From: a virus
DNA: 64,000 nucleotides
Reading direction: 5' to 3' (one strand)
Virus record (IMG/VR): IMGVR_UViG_3300036832_000975
Span: 1,050-65,049 of that record
The position numbers were made by a program, and so were the translations under genes. Under the pieces are notes generated by a model. That model saw only the letters and a list, made by a program, of their open reading frames with translations, had not been told where the DNA came from and made no database searches. Shown here piece after piece: positions 30,548 to 40,023 of the stretch; position 1 is the first letter of the stretch; every line of letters begins with the position of its first letter.

Positions 30548-31266
30548 CGCTTCGGTTTCCAGTATTTACAGCTGATGACAGGACACCAGCCATTGCATAG
30601 ACCGCTCTGGCGCAACTGCCAGGTGTCAGTCCTGAACGCTTCCTTGTACTGAGTCAGATCGCCGACCAGCTCACCCCACAGTTTAGGTACTTCGTCCCTG
30701 GACCAAGTCTTACGGGACGCAGTCCCATCCTTGGTCCAGTAAAACAGGACCTCGATCGTGTCGACGTAACGAAATTCCTGAAACACCCACAGTGCATAGA
30801 TGACCAGCTGGTTGAATTTCCTGTGTGGCCTTCCTGTTTTATAATCCACGATCCATGCACGACGGGAAGCTGCATCGACGCGCAGGTAGTCGATGATCAT
30901 GCGACACCACACGTTCTCGTCGTCCCACTCGCAAGTTTCCAGGTTCTTCGCCAGTGCGACCTTATGCTCGATATACGGCCACCCTGGCTGGCCGCTCAGG
31001 ATGAGCATGAACGGTTCATGACTCGCCAGACCGGGTGGCAGTTTCGTGCGCTTCGGTCCCTGGCGGTTGGCGAACGCCTCGTGTACCTGCTCCCCGTAAA
31101 TTTGCTCCCTGGACCTTTCCTCGGGCGGCAGGTCCTTGAGCACATAGCGATGGTGGTACTGCTCGGGACAGTTCTTGAACGTGTCCAGCGCGCTCGGTGA
31201 CCAGGGAAGTGGTTTCATAATTCCCAACTTTCGTTTTGCCGGCAGGGCTGCAGCTCGGCGCTTCAT
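30544..31266 (-). CDS. Cas4/RecB-like PD-(D/E)xK exonuclease
   Basis: SPSALDTFKNCP, G..VH, IDY, IVDYKTG, QL.IYA, C-terminal LCNGWCPVISC. Confidence 0.85.
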   Translation of the reverse strand: MKRRAAALPAKRKLGIMKPLPWSPSALDTFKNCPEQYHHRYVLKDLPPEERSREQIYGEQVHEAFANRQGPKRTKLPPGLASHEPFMLILSGQPGWPYIEHKVALAKNLETCEWDDENVWCRMIIDYLRVDAASRRAWIVDYKTGRPHRKFNQLVIYALWVFQEFRYVDTIEVLFYWTKDGTASRKTWSRDEVPKLWGELVGDLTQYKEAFRTDTWQLRQSGLCNGWCPVISCKYWKPKR

Positions 31267-31841
31267 GTCAGCTTGAGCCCCAACTTGCGCACGATCTGGT
31301 TGGCGCGGATCGCTTGGTTTTCGGCATCGGCTAAAGCTGTATGTGCAGGTCCTAGATAGTGCTTATCTTCTGGAGTCATACTGCGAAGAGTCCTGAAGCA
31401 CCGGTCGTGCCGGAAGCTCCAGGGCGCATCGCGCTTCGTGACTTCGTAAGCCTGCCGCAAAAGGATGTTGTCGAAGCCAGCGCCGTTGCCCCAGACACGT
31501 ACATCACGGCAACCACCATCGCCAGTATCGGCAGAGTGCGACTGCAGCCAGTCAGTAAAGCCGTCCAGCGCTTCGAGCAGCGACACCTTGGAACTGCCCA
31601 ACCAGATTGCCCGTGCGCCGGTACGTTCGGTGGCCATCCACCACATCACGGTACTGGCCTCGATACGCAGCGAGCCCTGTGAAAGGGCCGGGTCAATTGC
31701 GACCTCGAAGCGATCCAAGATGATATTGCTGACTGGCAACTCGGCATACGGGTCGAACACGCACGCCCCGATCATGATGATAACCGAATAAGGGCCTACT
31801 CCCCAGGTCTCCAAATCCAGCATGACGTGCTTCAGTGACAT
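31263..31841 (-). CDS. DEDDh 3'-5' exonuclease (Rv2179c/DUF5051-like)
   Basis: HVMLDLETW, WGNGAGFD, RDRC-like RHDRCFRTL, HTALADA. Confidence 0.85.
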   Translation of the reverse strand: MSLKHVMLDLETWGVGPYSVIIMIGACVFDPYAELPVSNIILDRFEVAIDPALSQGSLRIEASTVMWWMATERTGARAIWLGSSKVSLLEALDGFTDWLQSHSADTGDGGCRDVRVWGNGAGFDNILLRQAYEVTKRDAPWSFRHDRCFRTLRSMTPEDKHYLGPAHTALADAENQAIRANQIVRKLGLKLT

Positions 31842-31842
31842 T

Positions 31843-32774
31843 TCATTTCCCCTTGCTGTTGATAACGTGAAGATAGAACCCGACACGAACGGCCGATGTC
31901 ACGTCGTAGATCAGACGTTCGAGATTTTCAGGGTTCATGCCCTTCCTTCCCAGCAAGATACCGACCGCAGCGACGACCGTACCTACGGTCGGGTTCTGTG
32001 TACGGATAGCCCGATCTAGAAAATCCACCATCTTGACGATCTTCGGATCGAGCCCCGGGTCCTGTCCGTTGGACTTGGGCGACTCGGCTATCTCTTTCAG
32101 GTAGTCTGGGTTAGGAAGCCTGACCATCGTACTACTCGTCTTTTTGTACATAGGCATAACCAAGTTCCTTGAGCTTGGTCTTGTCGTAGGGTTCGTCGAA
32201 TACCCCGCCAGTTTCCCCCTTGAGGGTCAACAGGTTCTTGTCGCGATCGATCTTGACGATCTCGAATTTGCGGTTGGTTCTTGTGTTAACCAAGTAGCTA
32301 GTCATCATCCCAGTCCTCCAGTATTCGATCCAATGCACCGGCTTTAATTTCAGATCGAGCCGATGCAGCGGCCTTCATTTTAGATTGAACAAACGCATTA
32401 GCTCGGCGAACCTCTTCAAGAGGCCGCAGTTCAATAGTCACGGTGCCGTGGCCGTACCATCCGCGGCCAGTTATAGCGACATCCAGATTAAATTTTTTGG
32501 CTGCCGCCATCAGCGTTTCAGGATCGTCGAGAAAGTATGGTTGGCATAAGAGAAGATGTTCCAGCCCACTTTCAGCTTGACGAACGTATCCTGAGGTATG
32601 GTCCATCCACGAATGTGAATCCTTATTATTATAGCAGCGACAACGACGCCCTGTGCTGATCCAGTGCAGGCAGTAAGCAGTTGGGATGTATTTCCAACCC
32701 CACGCAGCAATGAATCTATCGTATCGTCCATCAGAGTTCATTGCCCCGTAAGGTTTGATACGTTGCTTAGTCAT
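31843..32774 (-). CDS. Three small hypothetical genes (32298-32774, about 32132-32305, about 31843-32130)
   Basis: Tightly coupled ORFs with SD motifs; no family recognised. Confidence 0.5.
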
Positions 32775-32798
32775 TGGTCCCTCACTCGTTGGCGCAAG

Positions 32799-34721
32799 TC
32801 ATCGGTTGAACCCCCGGTTCAAACTCCCATGCGCAAACTCGAACGGTTTTAGATCGCCCCAGCTCGGACCGACCTTGCAGTCCCACGGCATCGGGATGGG
32901 TGGCTTGAACTTCCAGACGGCCTCGTACGGGAGATTGTCCAGAAGGTCCTTGATGTAATACGCGGCTTCCTCCACCTTCGGTATGGGCACGTAGAAATAG
33001 AGCCCGTCATGCAGGTCCCATGCGAAGCGCGCGCCGATCTCGACGAGATATTCTCGCACGCATCTCAGTGCGAGATACTTCTGCTCGGCTCCCGTCCCCT
33101 GGATGCGGTAGTTGATCGCCGTGCCCTCCATCTGCCAACCCAGATCACCTCCCCACTGACCGGTAATACGAACACGTCGTCCTGGAATGGTCTCTACGTA
33201 TCCCTTGGTTTGCGCCGAGTGTATCTGGTTGTTCCAGTAATTTCGAATCCTCGGGTAAGTCGCCAAGTAAACTCGCTGGATACGCTGCGCCTCTTCGAGC
33301 GAGAGCGAGATGCCGTAGTCGACCTCGGCGATTTGCTGAAGTTTTTTATAACCAACGCGGTACTGCGAGCTGAGGTTCACCACCTTGCCGCACTGACGTG
33401 CGTTGGCCTCTCGTGAGCCACTGACCTTGGCGTTCTCCCTAATTTGCTTGTAGGTGAGTGTCCGGTCGATCCGCGAGCCCATGTAGGCATGTGGGTCCTG
33501 GCCCGGCTCACACAGCTTGAGCATGGTCGTGTCACCTGACGCGATCGCCATCCAGCGATACTCCTGACCGGCGGCATCGAATTCCATCAGCGTGAACCCT
33601 GGTGGGGGCACGATGATCCTACGGAAGAGCGGATCACGTTTTTCCTGATGTAAGGCGAATCCAATCTGGCGCTCGCCCTTGTTCTTGCCTTGCTTGGAAC
33701 TATAGGTCATGCGTCCGGTATACGTGCCGAACACCTTCATCTGTGGATGCGAACGGCGATCGCCGTTGTAGGCACAGGACTTGAGAGGGGCCTGTGCGAA
33801 CTTGGTATCGTTGTTGAGTGCCTCCCTGTACGTCTTGATTCGTTTTATGCGCGGGTCTCGATCTCGTAACGCCAGCTTGTGTAACACTGCCTTGCTAGTC
33901 GAGCGTGCGCCGGCAGGAGTAAACTCCAGAACAGGAAGTCCCCACTGGTCATAGAGAACCTTGCCCAATTGTTTTGGCGACCGCACTATTTTTTCGGTGA
34001 TTCCGTGCGGCGCCAAGCTGGCGAGCATGGCGTTGGCCGCCAGCTTGAGACCCGCTGAAAGATTGCCAGCTTCCAGCGTGTCCACGATCAACCCCTCCAG
34101 GTTGGCGCGCGCGATCATCTTGAACGAAGCTGCCTCGGTCATTGCTACGGTCTGTTGAGAATGAGTCAATTTTTCCCAGAATTTCCCGGCCAGCCGCAGG
34201 GTGAAGAAGCAGTCCTTGATATTGTACTCATGGAGTCGCTTGAGCTGCTCGGAGTCCGTCCCATGATAATCAACATCGGCTTCATACCTAGCGTACTTCG
34301 GGAAGAACAGCGGCACTGCGGCCTTGAGACTGTAGCTGCGCTGCTGCTTGTGGTCGTACTCCGGCTCGATATCTAAATGGCGCCACAGCAGCATCGCATC
34401 CAGGAATCTCACCTGTTCTATGAGCTTGAGAACCTCGTCATCCTTTTCGCCATAGGCATAGAGCCACGCGATGTCGAACACGACGTTCCACCCCACCAGG
34501 ATGCAGCTCTCGTCGACAGCCCACTGCAGCATCCGGCGGATCATCGTAGTCCTCTCCGAGGAAGAGGATAATAACCCGCCCTCGTGCATGGTCTCGCCAT
34601 CCTGACGCCAAACCCAGGCGAGCGACGTGAGCCAAGCTTTATCCTGGCGAACTCGCCAGGGCTGGAGCGCCATCTCAATAGGATCGCCGCTAGTTTCCAC
34701 GTCAAACGCCGCGATCTTCAT
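32799..34721 (-). CDS. polA: Family A DNA polymerase with 3'-5' exonuclease
   Basis: Start ATG 34721 with GAGG SD; FDVET, WNVVFD, YNIKD (Exo I-III); DAAGQEYR, RQCGKVVNLSSQY, LHDG (Pol A-C). Confidence 0.93.
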   Translation of the reverse strand: MKIAAFDVETSGDPIEMALQPWRVRQDKAWLTSLAWVWRQDGETMHEGGLLSSSSERTTMIRRMLQWAVDESCILVGWNVVFDIAWLYAYGEKDDEVLKLIEQVRFLDAMLLWRHLDIEPEYDHKQQRSYSLKAAVPLFFPKYARYEADVDYHGTDSEQLKRLHEYNIKDCFFTLRLAGKFWEKLTHSQQTVAMTEAASFKMIARANLEGLIVDTLEAGNLSAGLKLAANAMLASLAPHGITEKIVRSPKQLGKVLYDQWGLPVLEFTPAGARSTSKAVLHKLALRDRDPRIKRIKTYREALNNDTKFAQAPLKSCAYNGDRRSHPQMKVFGTYTGRMTYSSKQGKNKGERQIGFALHQEKRDPLFRRIIVPPPGFTLMEFDAAGQEYRWMAIASGDTTMLKLCEPGQDPHAYMGSRIDRTLTYKQIRENAKVSGSREANARQCGKVVNLSSQYRVGYKKLQQIAEVDYGISLSLEEAQRIQRVYLATYPRIRNYWNNQIHSAQTKGYVETIPGRRVRITGQWGGDLGWQMEGTAINYRIQGTGAEQKYLALRCVREYLVEIGARFAWDLHDGLYFYVPIPKVEEAAYYIKDLLDNLPYEAVWKFKPPIPMPWDCKVGPSWGDLKPFEFAHGSLNRGFNR

Positions 34722-34731
34722 CTTGCTTTCC

Positions 34732-35445
34732 TCAACCCAAGAACGGCACGGACTTGCGCTCGATACACTCGCACTCCTGGTAAATCGCCTGCCGTATCTC
34801 TTGCAGTACCTTATCGAGGGAGTGCCAAGCATTCGGTCGCTTGTTGACCAGCTCACGCCACTTGCGCTCACGCAGCAGACTGACGACCATGGCGTTGTCC
34901 ATATACTCATACACAAACGGCGCCGGAGCCATCTGCACATAGACTTTGAACCAATCTCGAAACTCGTTGTAACCGGTTTCGAGGCGCGCTTGCTTGGCGC
35001 GCTCGCGGTTGACGACACGGACGGACCACGACCTGATCTGATCGGGCTTCCAGGTATCATCACGCTTACGAAACGTGATCGTGTCACTTACTTTGTAGGT
35101 ACGCCCATCAACCGTGAGAGCGAAATTGCTGCCGCACATTTGCACGTGCATACCTAAGGGCGTGCAGTGATTGGCGAACACGACCGTCGATCGCGATTTG
35201 TACGGACACAAGGTAAACGAATTGTCCTCGTGCCAGGTGATTACAGAAAAACCATACAGCCGAAGAATGATGTCTCTCGTTGCTTCTGACCTCTCGACTG
35301 TCATGTGCTTCTTGCGTTTGTCCACCAGCCCGCGCGGCATCAGTGGAGAGCCGAGCTCATGAAAGATCACACCTTTTTCCCAGGCTTCGACAGCCTGAGC
35401 ATAGGACTGGATACGGTCGAAGTTGCAGCGAATCTGGAAAGCCAT
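34732..35445 (-). CDS. Hypothetical protein
   Basis: 237-aa ORF with AAGGAG SD, coupled to polA. Confidence 0.65.
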   Translation of the reverse strand: MAFQIRCNFDRIQSYAQAVEAWEKGVIFHELGSPLMPRGLVDKRKKHMTVERSEATRDIILRLYGFSVITWHEDNSFTLCPYKSRSTVVFANHCTPLGMHVQMCGSNFALTVDGRTYKVSDTITFRKRDDTWKPDQIRSWSVRVVNRERAKQARLETGYNEFRDWFKVYVQMAPAPFVYEYMDNAMVVSLLRERKWRELVNKRPNAWHSLDKVLQEIRQAIYQECECIERKSVPFLG

Positions 35446-35805
35446 GGTAAGTTACTCCTTTGTTTAGTTAGTAAATTCCGGTGTTACATTTTGTAACACC
35501 GGCCGCACTTAGACCAGAATGTCGCATATGATCGTAAAGCCATCATCTTCCTTGAGCAGAATCTCTACTCGATTGGACCAACCTTCGGGGATACAGTCCA
35601 GGATGGCATCGATGGTGGTCATGGGAGAAGGTATCATCACCTTACCATCTGCCCACCACGGGCGCTGTATACCTGTCTGGATGCCCTCGGTCTCCAGGAA
35701 TCTAGTCAGTCTCGTCTCGATGCGGCGACACCGCTGGAGAACCTCCAGTAAGTTTCCCCGGTCGCTAGTAGCAAAGCCGCTGGCGTCCTTTACTAACATG
35801 GTCAG

Positions 35806-36663
35806 TTAACTCCTTTGTGTGAGTTGTTCATTGATGCTTTCCCTGATCTCCCTGGCCTCCTTTGCAGCAGCGGCGCGTAGATCACTTTGCTTGCGCAGAT
35901 CGTTGGCTTCATAACTACCAATGGTCTCCATGATTCGCTGACGGATTTTCTTGAGCTTCGGGTCACCCATGACGTTGAGACCCGGCAAGATATTCATCAG
36001 GTCCACGAGATTGTTCACGGTGGAGTCTCTGAAGATCGCTTCACCGTCGTCCATCTTCTCGATGTAGTGTTCGAGCAGCTCGGCGATGCGCAACCAGACA
36101 TCCTGCATGGCCGAGCCAAGCCTGCGGTTGATGCTCTCTTCCATGGTGGCTTTGAGCTGGTTCAACTCCTTCTCGGGCAGGGCGATGCGAAAATCGTCCG
36201 GCTCTGTTATCCCATCTATGTCCAGGTCGACCCTGAACTTCTTACGAAGCTCTTCAGGTGGCGGGTAGTCCTTGGTATTGAACAGATCGCCCAGGCGGAA
36301 CGATGCCTGATCCCGCACCGGAGGGTACTTGACCGTGATGAACTCGTTTACTGCCTCGTTGAATCGCCGTTCCAGCTCACCATACCCCGACATGAACAAC
36401 TCGAAGATGTTCCGGGTCATGATCCGCGGTCCCTTGTCGGACCACGGGAGAGTGTGGTGATCCCTGTGCGCTTTTAATGCGTTGTACGCGGTAGTAATAT
36501 CTGCGAGCGCCTCCTTGGGTACGACGCGCTTAGAGACTACCGCCGAGCCGGCCTGGGCGTTGGCTTCCCTGGTTAGTTTATTACTAGCTTCCTGGTCAGT
36601 CTTGTATCCGTTCCACTTGGATACACGGACATCGACGATCATGCACTTTTGAGAGAGACTCAT
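35806..36663 (-). CDS. DUF3150-like protein
   Basis: V..SKW.G.K.D, VSKR, TLPWSD.G.R, DYP..EELR.KF pattern; next to VWA and AAA genes. Confidence 0.65.
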   Translation of the reverse strand: MSLSQKCMIVDVRVSKWNGYKTDQEASNKLTREANAQAGSAVVSKRVVPKEALADITTAYNALKAHRDHHTLPWSDKGPRIMTRNIFELFMSGYGELERRFNEAVNEFITVKYPPVRDQASFRLGDLFNTKDYPPPEELRKKFRVDLDIDGITEPDDFRIALPEKELNQLKATMEESINRRLGSAMQDVWLRIAELLEHYIEKMDDGEAIFRDSTVNNLVDLMNILPGLNVMGDPKLKKIRQRIMETIGSYEANDLRKQSDLRAAAAKEAREIRESINEQLTQRS

Positions 36664-36882
36664 TTTACTTTCCTTTCGTGTGTTCAGTTACGGATTGAGT
36701 TAGATGTCTAGTGAGCTAAACGAGTCGGTTGGTACACCATCTCGTTTCTTTTTCCACCAGTTCCATAGAAAGAACGGTGCAGCGATTGGACACAGCATAG
36801 AGAGCCCTACCCTGTGGAAGCGGCAGCTAAGCAGGATAATCGCAACTGCGACCCATAAAAAGATCATAGTCAGTCACTCCTC

Positions 36883-38037
36883 TCATTGCACTTCGATTCG
36901 TACGACACCAGCCCAGTCCGGACAAGGCGCATCGGTCGTGCACCCCACGATGAGTGGGAATGGTGTCTCGACTTCGGGCCACGGCGTGTAGCCGTCCGTC
37001 AGAAGAAGCACCACCTCCGGGTCATACTGCTCGGCGTAGACCAAGGGTTTGCGCATGTCGGTGCCACCACCTCCTTTCGGATGGAGAACGACTTCGTCGT
37101 TGTTCTCGAACATGTCGATGTTCTGGCAGTCCTCGTCGTCGGCCCAGATGACCCTGACCACCATGGGCTTGATGACCGTCACTACGTGACGCACGGCGAC
37201 TGCTATCCTTTCGAATATTTCTTTATTGAACATCGACCCGGATGAATCCGCGACGATGGTCAGCTCGTCCATGCCGTCGCCCTTGCAAGAGGGCAAGATG
37301 ACCTTGCTGTACCGACGGTTACGCCGGGACCAGTTTTCGTCTTGCGCCACGCACGCCGATAAATAATCGGCGAGCACCTGTTCCCAAGGAATAGGGTCTT
37401 CATAACCAGCGCTGACAATGGCGGCAAGGTCGCCGGGCATGACGCCGTGCTCGCGTGCGATGGCGCTCGCCCGGGCGAGAGTCTTGTTGATGTGATGCTC
37501 GATCGCCGCCGCCTGCTCGGGAGTCGCCACCGGGGCGGGCCTCAGGTCGCCACCCAGGCCGCCCTGACCGCTCGCGACAGCAAAGCCTTGCTCCTGGTCC
37601 GGGTTCTTGCCTCCCTGTCTTTTTTTTTCCTTTTCCCGCAGGGCATAGATTTGCTCTGCGGTCATGCCGCGATACGCAGGGTTGATCAGCGCCCATTTCC
37701 AGATGCTGAAGCCAAGGTCCTTGAGCATGATGTTGATGGCGAAATCGCTAGCATGATTCCACCTGGCGGGATCACGGGAACCACGCCGCAATCCGTGCTT
37801 GAGCAGGATGTGCAAAAGCTCATGGATGATCACGAACTTGGCAGTGGGTATATCCAGACTCTCGATGAACTCGGGGTTGTACCCTATGACCACCATGTCG
37901 GTCCAAGCCGTAGGACAGGTCGGGTCCTCGACGAACTTTGTCTGGAGCAGGGCTGACGCGAAGAACATGAGGGCTTTTACCTTGACGAGACTCGCGCGCG
38001 CCGTCTCGAAGACAGTAAGTGAGTTGGTACGTCTCAT
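36883..38037 (-). CDS. DUF2201-type metallopeptidase plus VWA domain
   Basis: TAWTD, HELLHILLKH (HExxH), WN.A.D..IN; DSSGSM, GGGGTD, LTDG (MIDAS). Confidence 0.88.
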   Translation of the reverse strand: MRRTNSLTVFETARASLVKVKALMFFASALLQTKFVEDPTCPTAWTDMVVIGYNPEFIESLDIPTAKFVIIHELLHILLKHGLRRGSRDPARWNHASDFAINIMLKDLGFSIWKWALINPAYRGMTAEQIYALREKEKKRQGGKNPDQEQGFAVASGQGGLGGDLRPAPVATPEQAAAIEHHINKTLARASAIAREHGVMPGDLAAIVSAGYEDPIPWEQVLADYLSACVAQDENWSRRNRRYSKVILPSCKGDGMDELTIVADSSGSMFNKEIFERIAVAVRHVVTVIKPMVVRVIWADDEDCQNIDMFENNDEVVLHPKGGGGTDMRKPLVYAEQYDPEVVLLLTDGYTPWPEVETPFPLIVGCTTDAPCPDWAGVVRIEVQ

Positions 38038-38572
38038 GGTAAGTCACTCCATCTCTCTGCATCTTCTGCATCCTTGGCGTGCACTGCCAACAAAAACCTT
38101 TGCAGCTGCTCTTTGTTGCCACACCAGCCCGTACCAACATTGAGAGCGTCACGCAACTTAGCAATACGCAACTCCAGGGCTTCGGTTTGGGTAGCAGGTG
38201 TGAATGTGTAGATGTTATCTGGTATAGTCATGGTAAGTCACTCCTTTCCTTCTTTTATCTTCAAAGCCGCGTTATGCGCCTCGATGAACGCGGCACGAAC
38301 CTTCGGGTCTCTCTCGGCGTCGGCATTCCGACGCAGCCACCAGATAATGGCGTTCAGCTTTTCGTCGATCTCGCGACGGATGGATTCACTCGGATCATGT
38401 GCCATGGTTAGTAGCTCTCCAGTTTTTCCAGCAAATCAGTAATTGCTTTTTTCTTGGTGAGGCCCCAGCCGATGGGGTCGCCGGGCTCATAGTTGTTGGT
38501 GACTGCGCTCCAGTCGAACTCTCGCATCGGGATGGGCTTGGGGTCGTAGGTCGTGACGATGATGATTTTCAT
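38034..38572 (-). CDS. Three small hypothetical genes (38034-38231, about 38240-38404, about 38410-38572)
   Basis: Each preceded by a GGAG SD; e.g. MKIIIVTTYDPKPIPMREFDWSAV, MAHDPSESIRREIDEK. Confidence 0.55.
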
Positions 38573-38594
38573 GTTCAGTTACTCCTTTCAGTTT

Positions 38595-39677
38595 CTAGTT
38601 TGACATGTAAACCTCACGATAGCGCTTCACGAAGTCCATGTACGCGTCTGAGTCGAACAGAGTCGCGTCCCTGGCAGTCGCCAGCTGCCATGCCATGACG
38701 ACGAACTCCGCCGTGAACCTTTTCAGGTAGATGTATAGCTTATCCACGTTGCCGAGAGTCATGTGCTCAGACACATGCATGGCCGTCGCATACTTGAGCG
38801 AAAGCTCCTCGGGCACGTCGATCGTATCCGGATTCTTGATGATCTTGTCAATTGACAGTACGCGCCCATGCACATCCACGTAGGCCAGAAACTCCATCGT
38901 CGGACCTTCGCCGATAGAGCCGATCATGGCAGCTTCCTTGATCACAGGGTCTAGTCTTTTATCTTGCCAAAGCTCAACGGTAGTAAGCCACGTACGCGGT
39001 GTCGCTACGATAGGGTTGGTCTTCTTGGGATCGTAGGTATTGACCAGTTCCTGGCGGAACTGCCAGAACCCGGTAAACATCGATGGCACGCCTTGTGATT
39101 GGGCGTAGATACAGAACTCCTCGACCGGGTTGATAGCCTCGACGTGGATCAGCCTGTTGTTCAGGGGCATCGGGAACTTCTTGGCAAGCCCCTGGTCGAC
39201 ATCGCGGTTGCCAGCGAGCAACATCCTGACATTAGGTTTCAAGACATGCTCGCCGCAGCAACGATTCAAGAGTATCTGTTGCATGACTGTGAACACATCC
39301 GGCTTGGCGTCTGGAGCTTCGTCGAAGAAGACTACAATTAACTTATCGTCAGGAAAGCTATCGTTCCCGATAAAAGGAAAGGTCGATGGTGGATACCAGA
39401 TCGCTGTTCCTGATTTCTTGTCGGCCTGAGGGAAACCTCTCAAATCCACCGAATCGTACTGGGAGAGTCTTATTTCACAGAGCACAGTTCCAGTATAGGG
39501 ACAATCTTTACCTAACAGAGCTTGTAACGCTTTAGGATCATCGAGTTCGTCGACAGCCTGCTCGACGCCCTGGCTTTTACCAATGCCGAAACCGCCCTTG
39601 ATGACGAGTGGCTTGTCGAGCCTGACCACGAGTTCCTTGATGGCGGTCTTGATCTGGGAGATAGAAAGCTTTTTCAT
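38595..39677 (-). CDS. MoxR-like AAA+ ATPase
   Basis: GGFGIGKS, VFFDE, AGNR, LNNR, TPRTW. Confidence 0.88.
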   Translation of the reverse strand: MKKLSISQIKTAIKELVVRLDKPLVIKGGFGIGKSQGVEQAVDELDDPKALQALLGKDCPYTGTVLCEIRLSQYDSVDLRGFPQADKKSGTAIWYPPSTFPFIGNDSFPDDKLIVVFFDEAPDAKPDVFTVMQQILLNRCCGEHVLKPNVRMLLAGNRDVDQGLAKKFPMPLNNRLIHVEAINPVEEFCIYAQSQGVPSMFTGFWQFRQELVNTYDPKKTNPIVATPRTWLTTVELWQDKRLDPVIKEAAMIGSIGEGPTMEFLAYVDVHGRVLSIDKIIKNPDTIDVPEELSLKYATAMHVSEHMTLGNVDKLYIYLKRFTAEFVVMAWQLATARDATLFDSDAYMDFVKRYREVYMSN

Positions 39678-39957
39678 CGTACTAACCTTTCAGTAAGTCG
39701 TTGAGTTGGGTATTACATTTTGTCGTTGGGGCGCCATGAGTGACGACACACGACGAACTCGCCGGTGTCGAACTGAATGAACCTGTTGTACTCGTAAACA
39801 ACGTAAAACGCTTGCCAGGCGTCCCATTCCATTTTGGAGTGGTCGAAGGGAGGTAGTTTCATGTTAGTAACTCCTTTGTGGTCAGTAAGTTGGTGTTACA
39901 TTTTGTAACACCTTTCTCGTGCCAGTGGGTATCTTTTTCTAATCCACCGTAATAAGT

Positions 39958-39986
39958 ATTATAACACAGTATAGGAATAAAGTCAA
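39958..39986 (-). promoter_or_regulatory. Near-consensus sigma70 promoter for the AAA/VWA-replication operon
   Basis: TTGACT-17 nt-TATAAT with TG extended -10 on the - strand. Confidence 0.85.
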
Positions 39987-40023
39987 TAGGTTTTCTGTAG
40001 TTTCTCAATATTTCGTCCAACGA

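Noticed and set aside
34722-35087. 122-aa N-terminal extension of the polymerase in the ORF track
   Set aside because: Overlaps gene 34732-35445 and has no motifs; a good SD and start exist at 34721.
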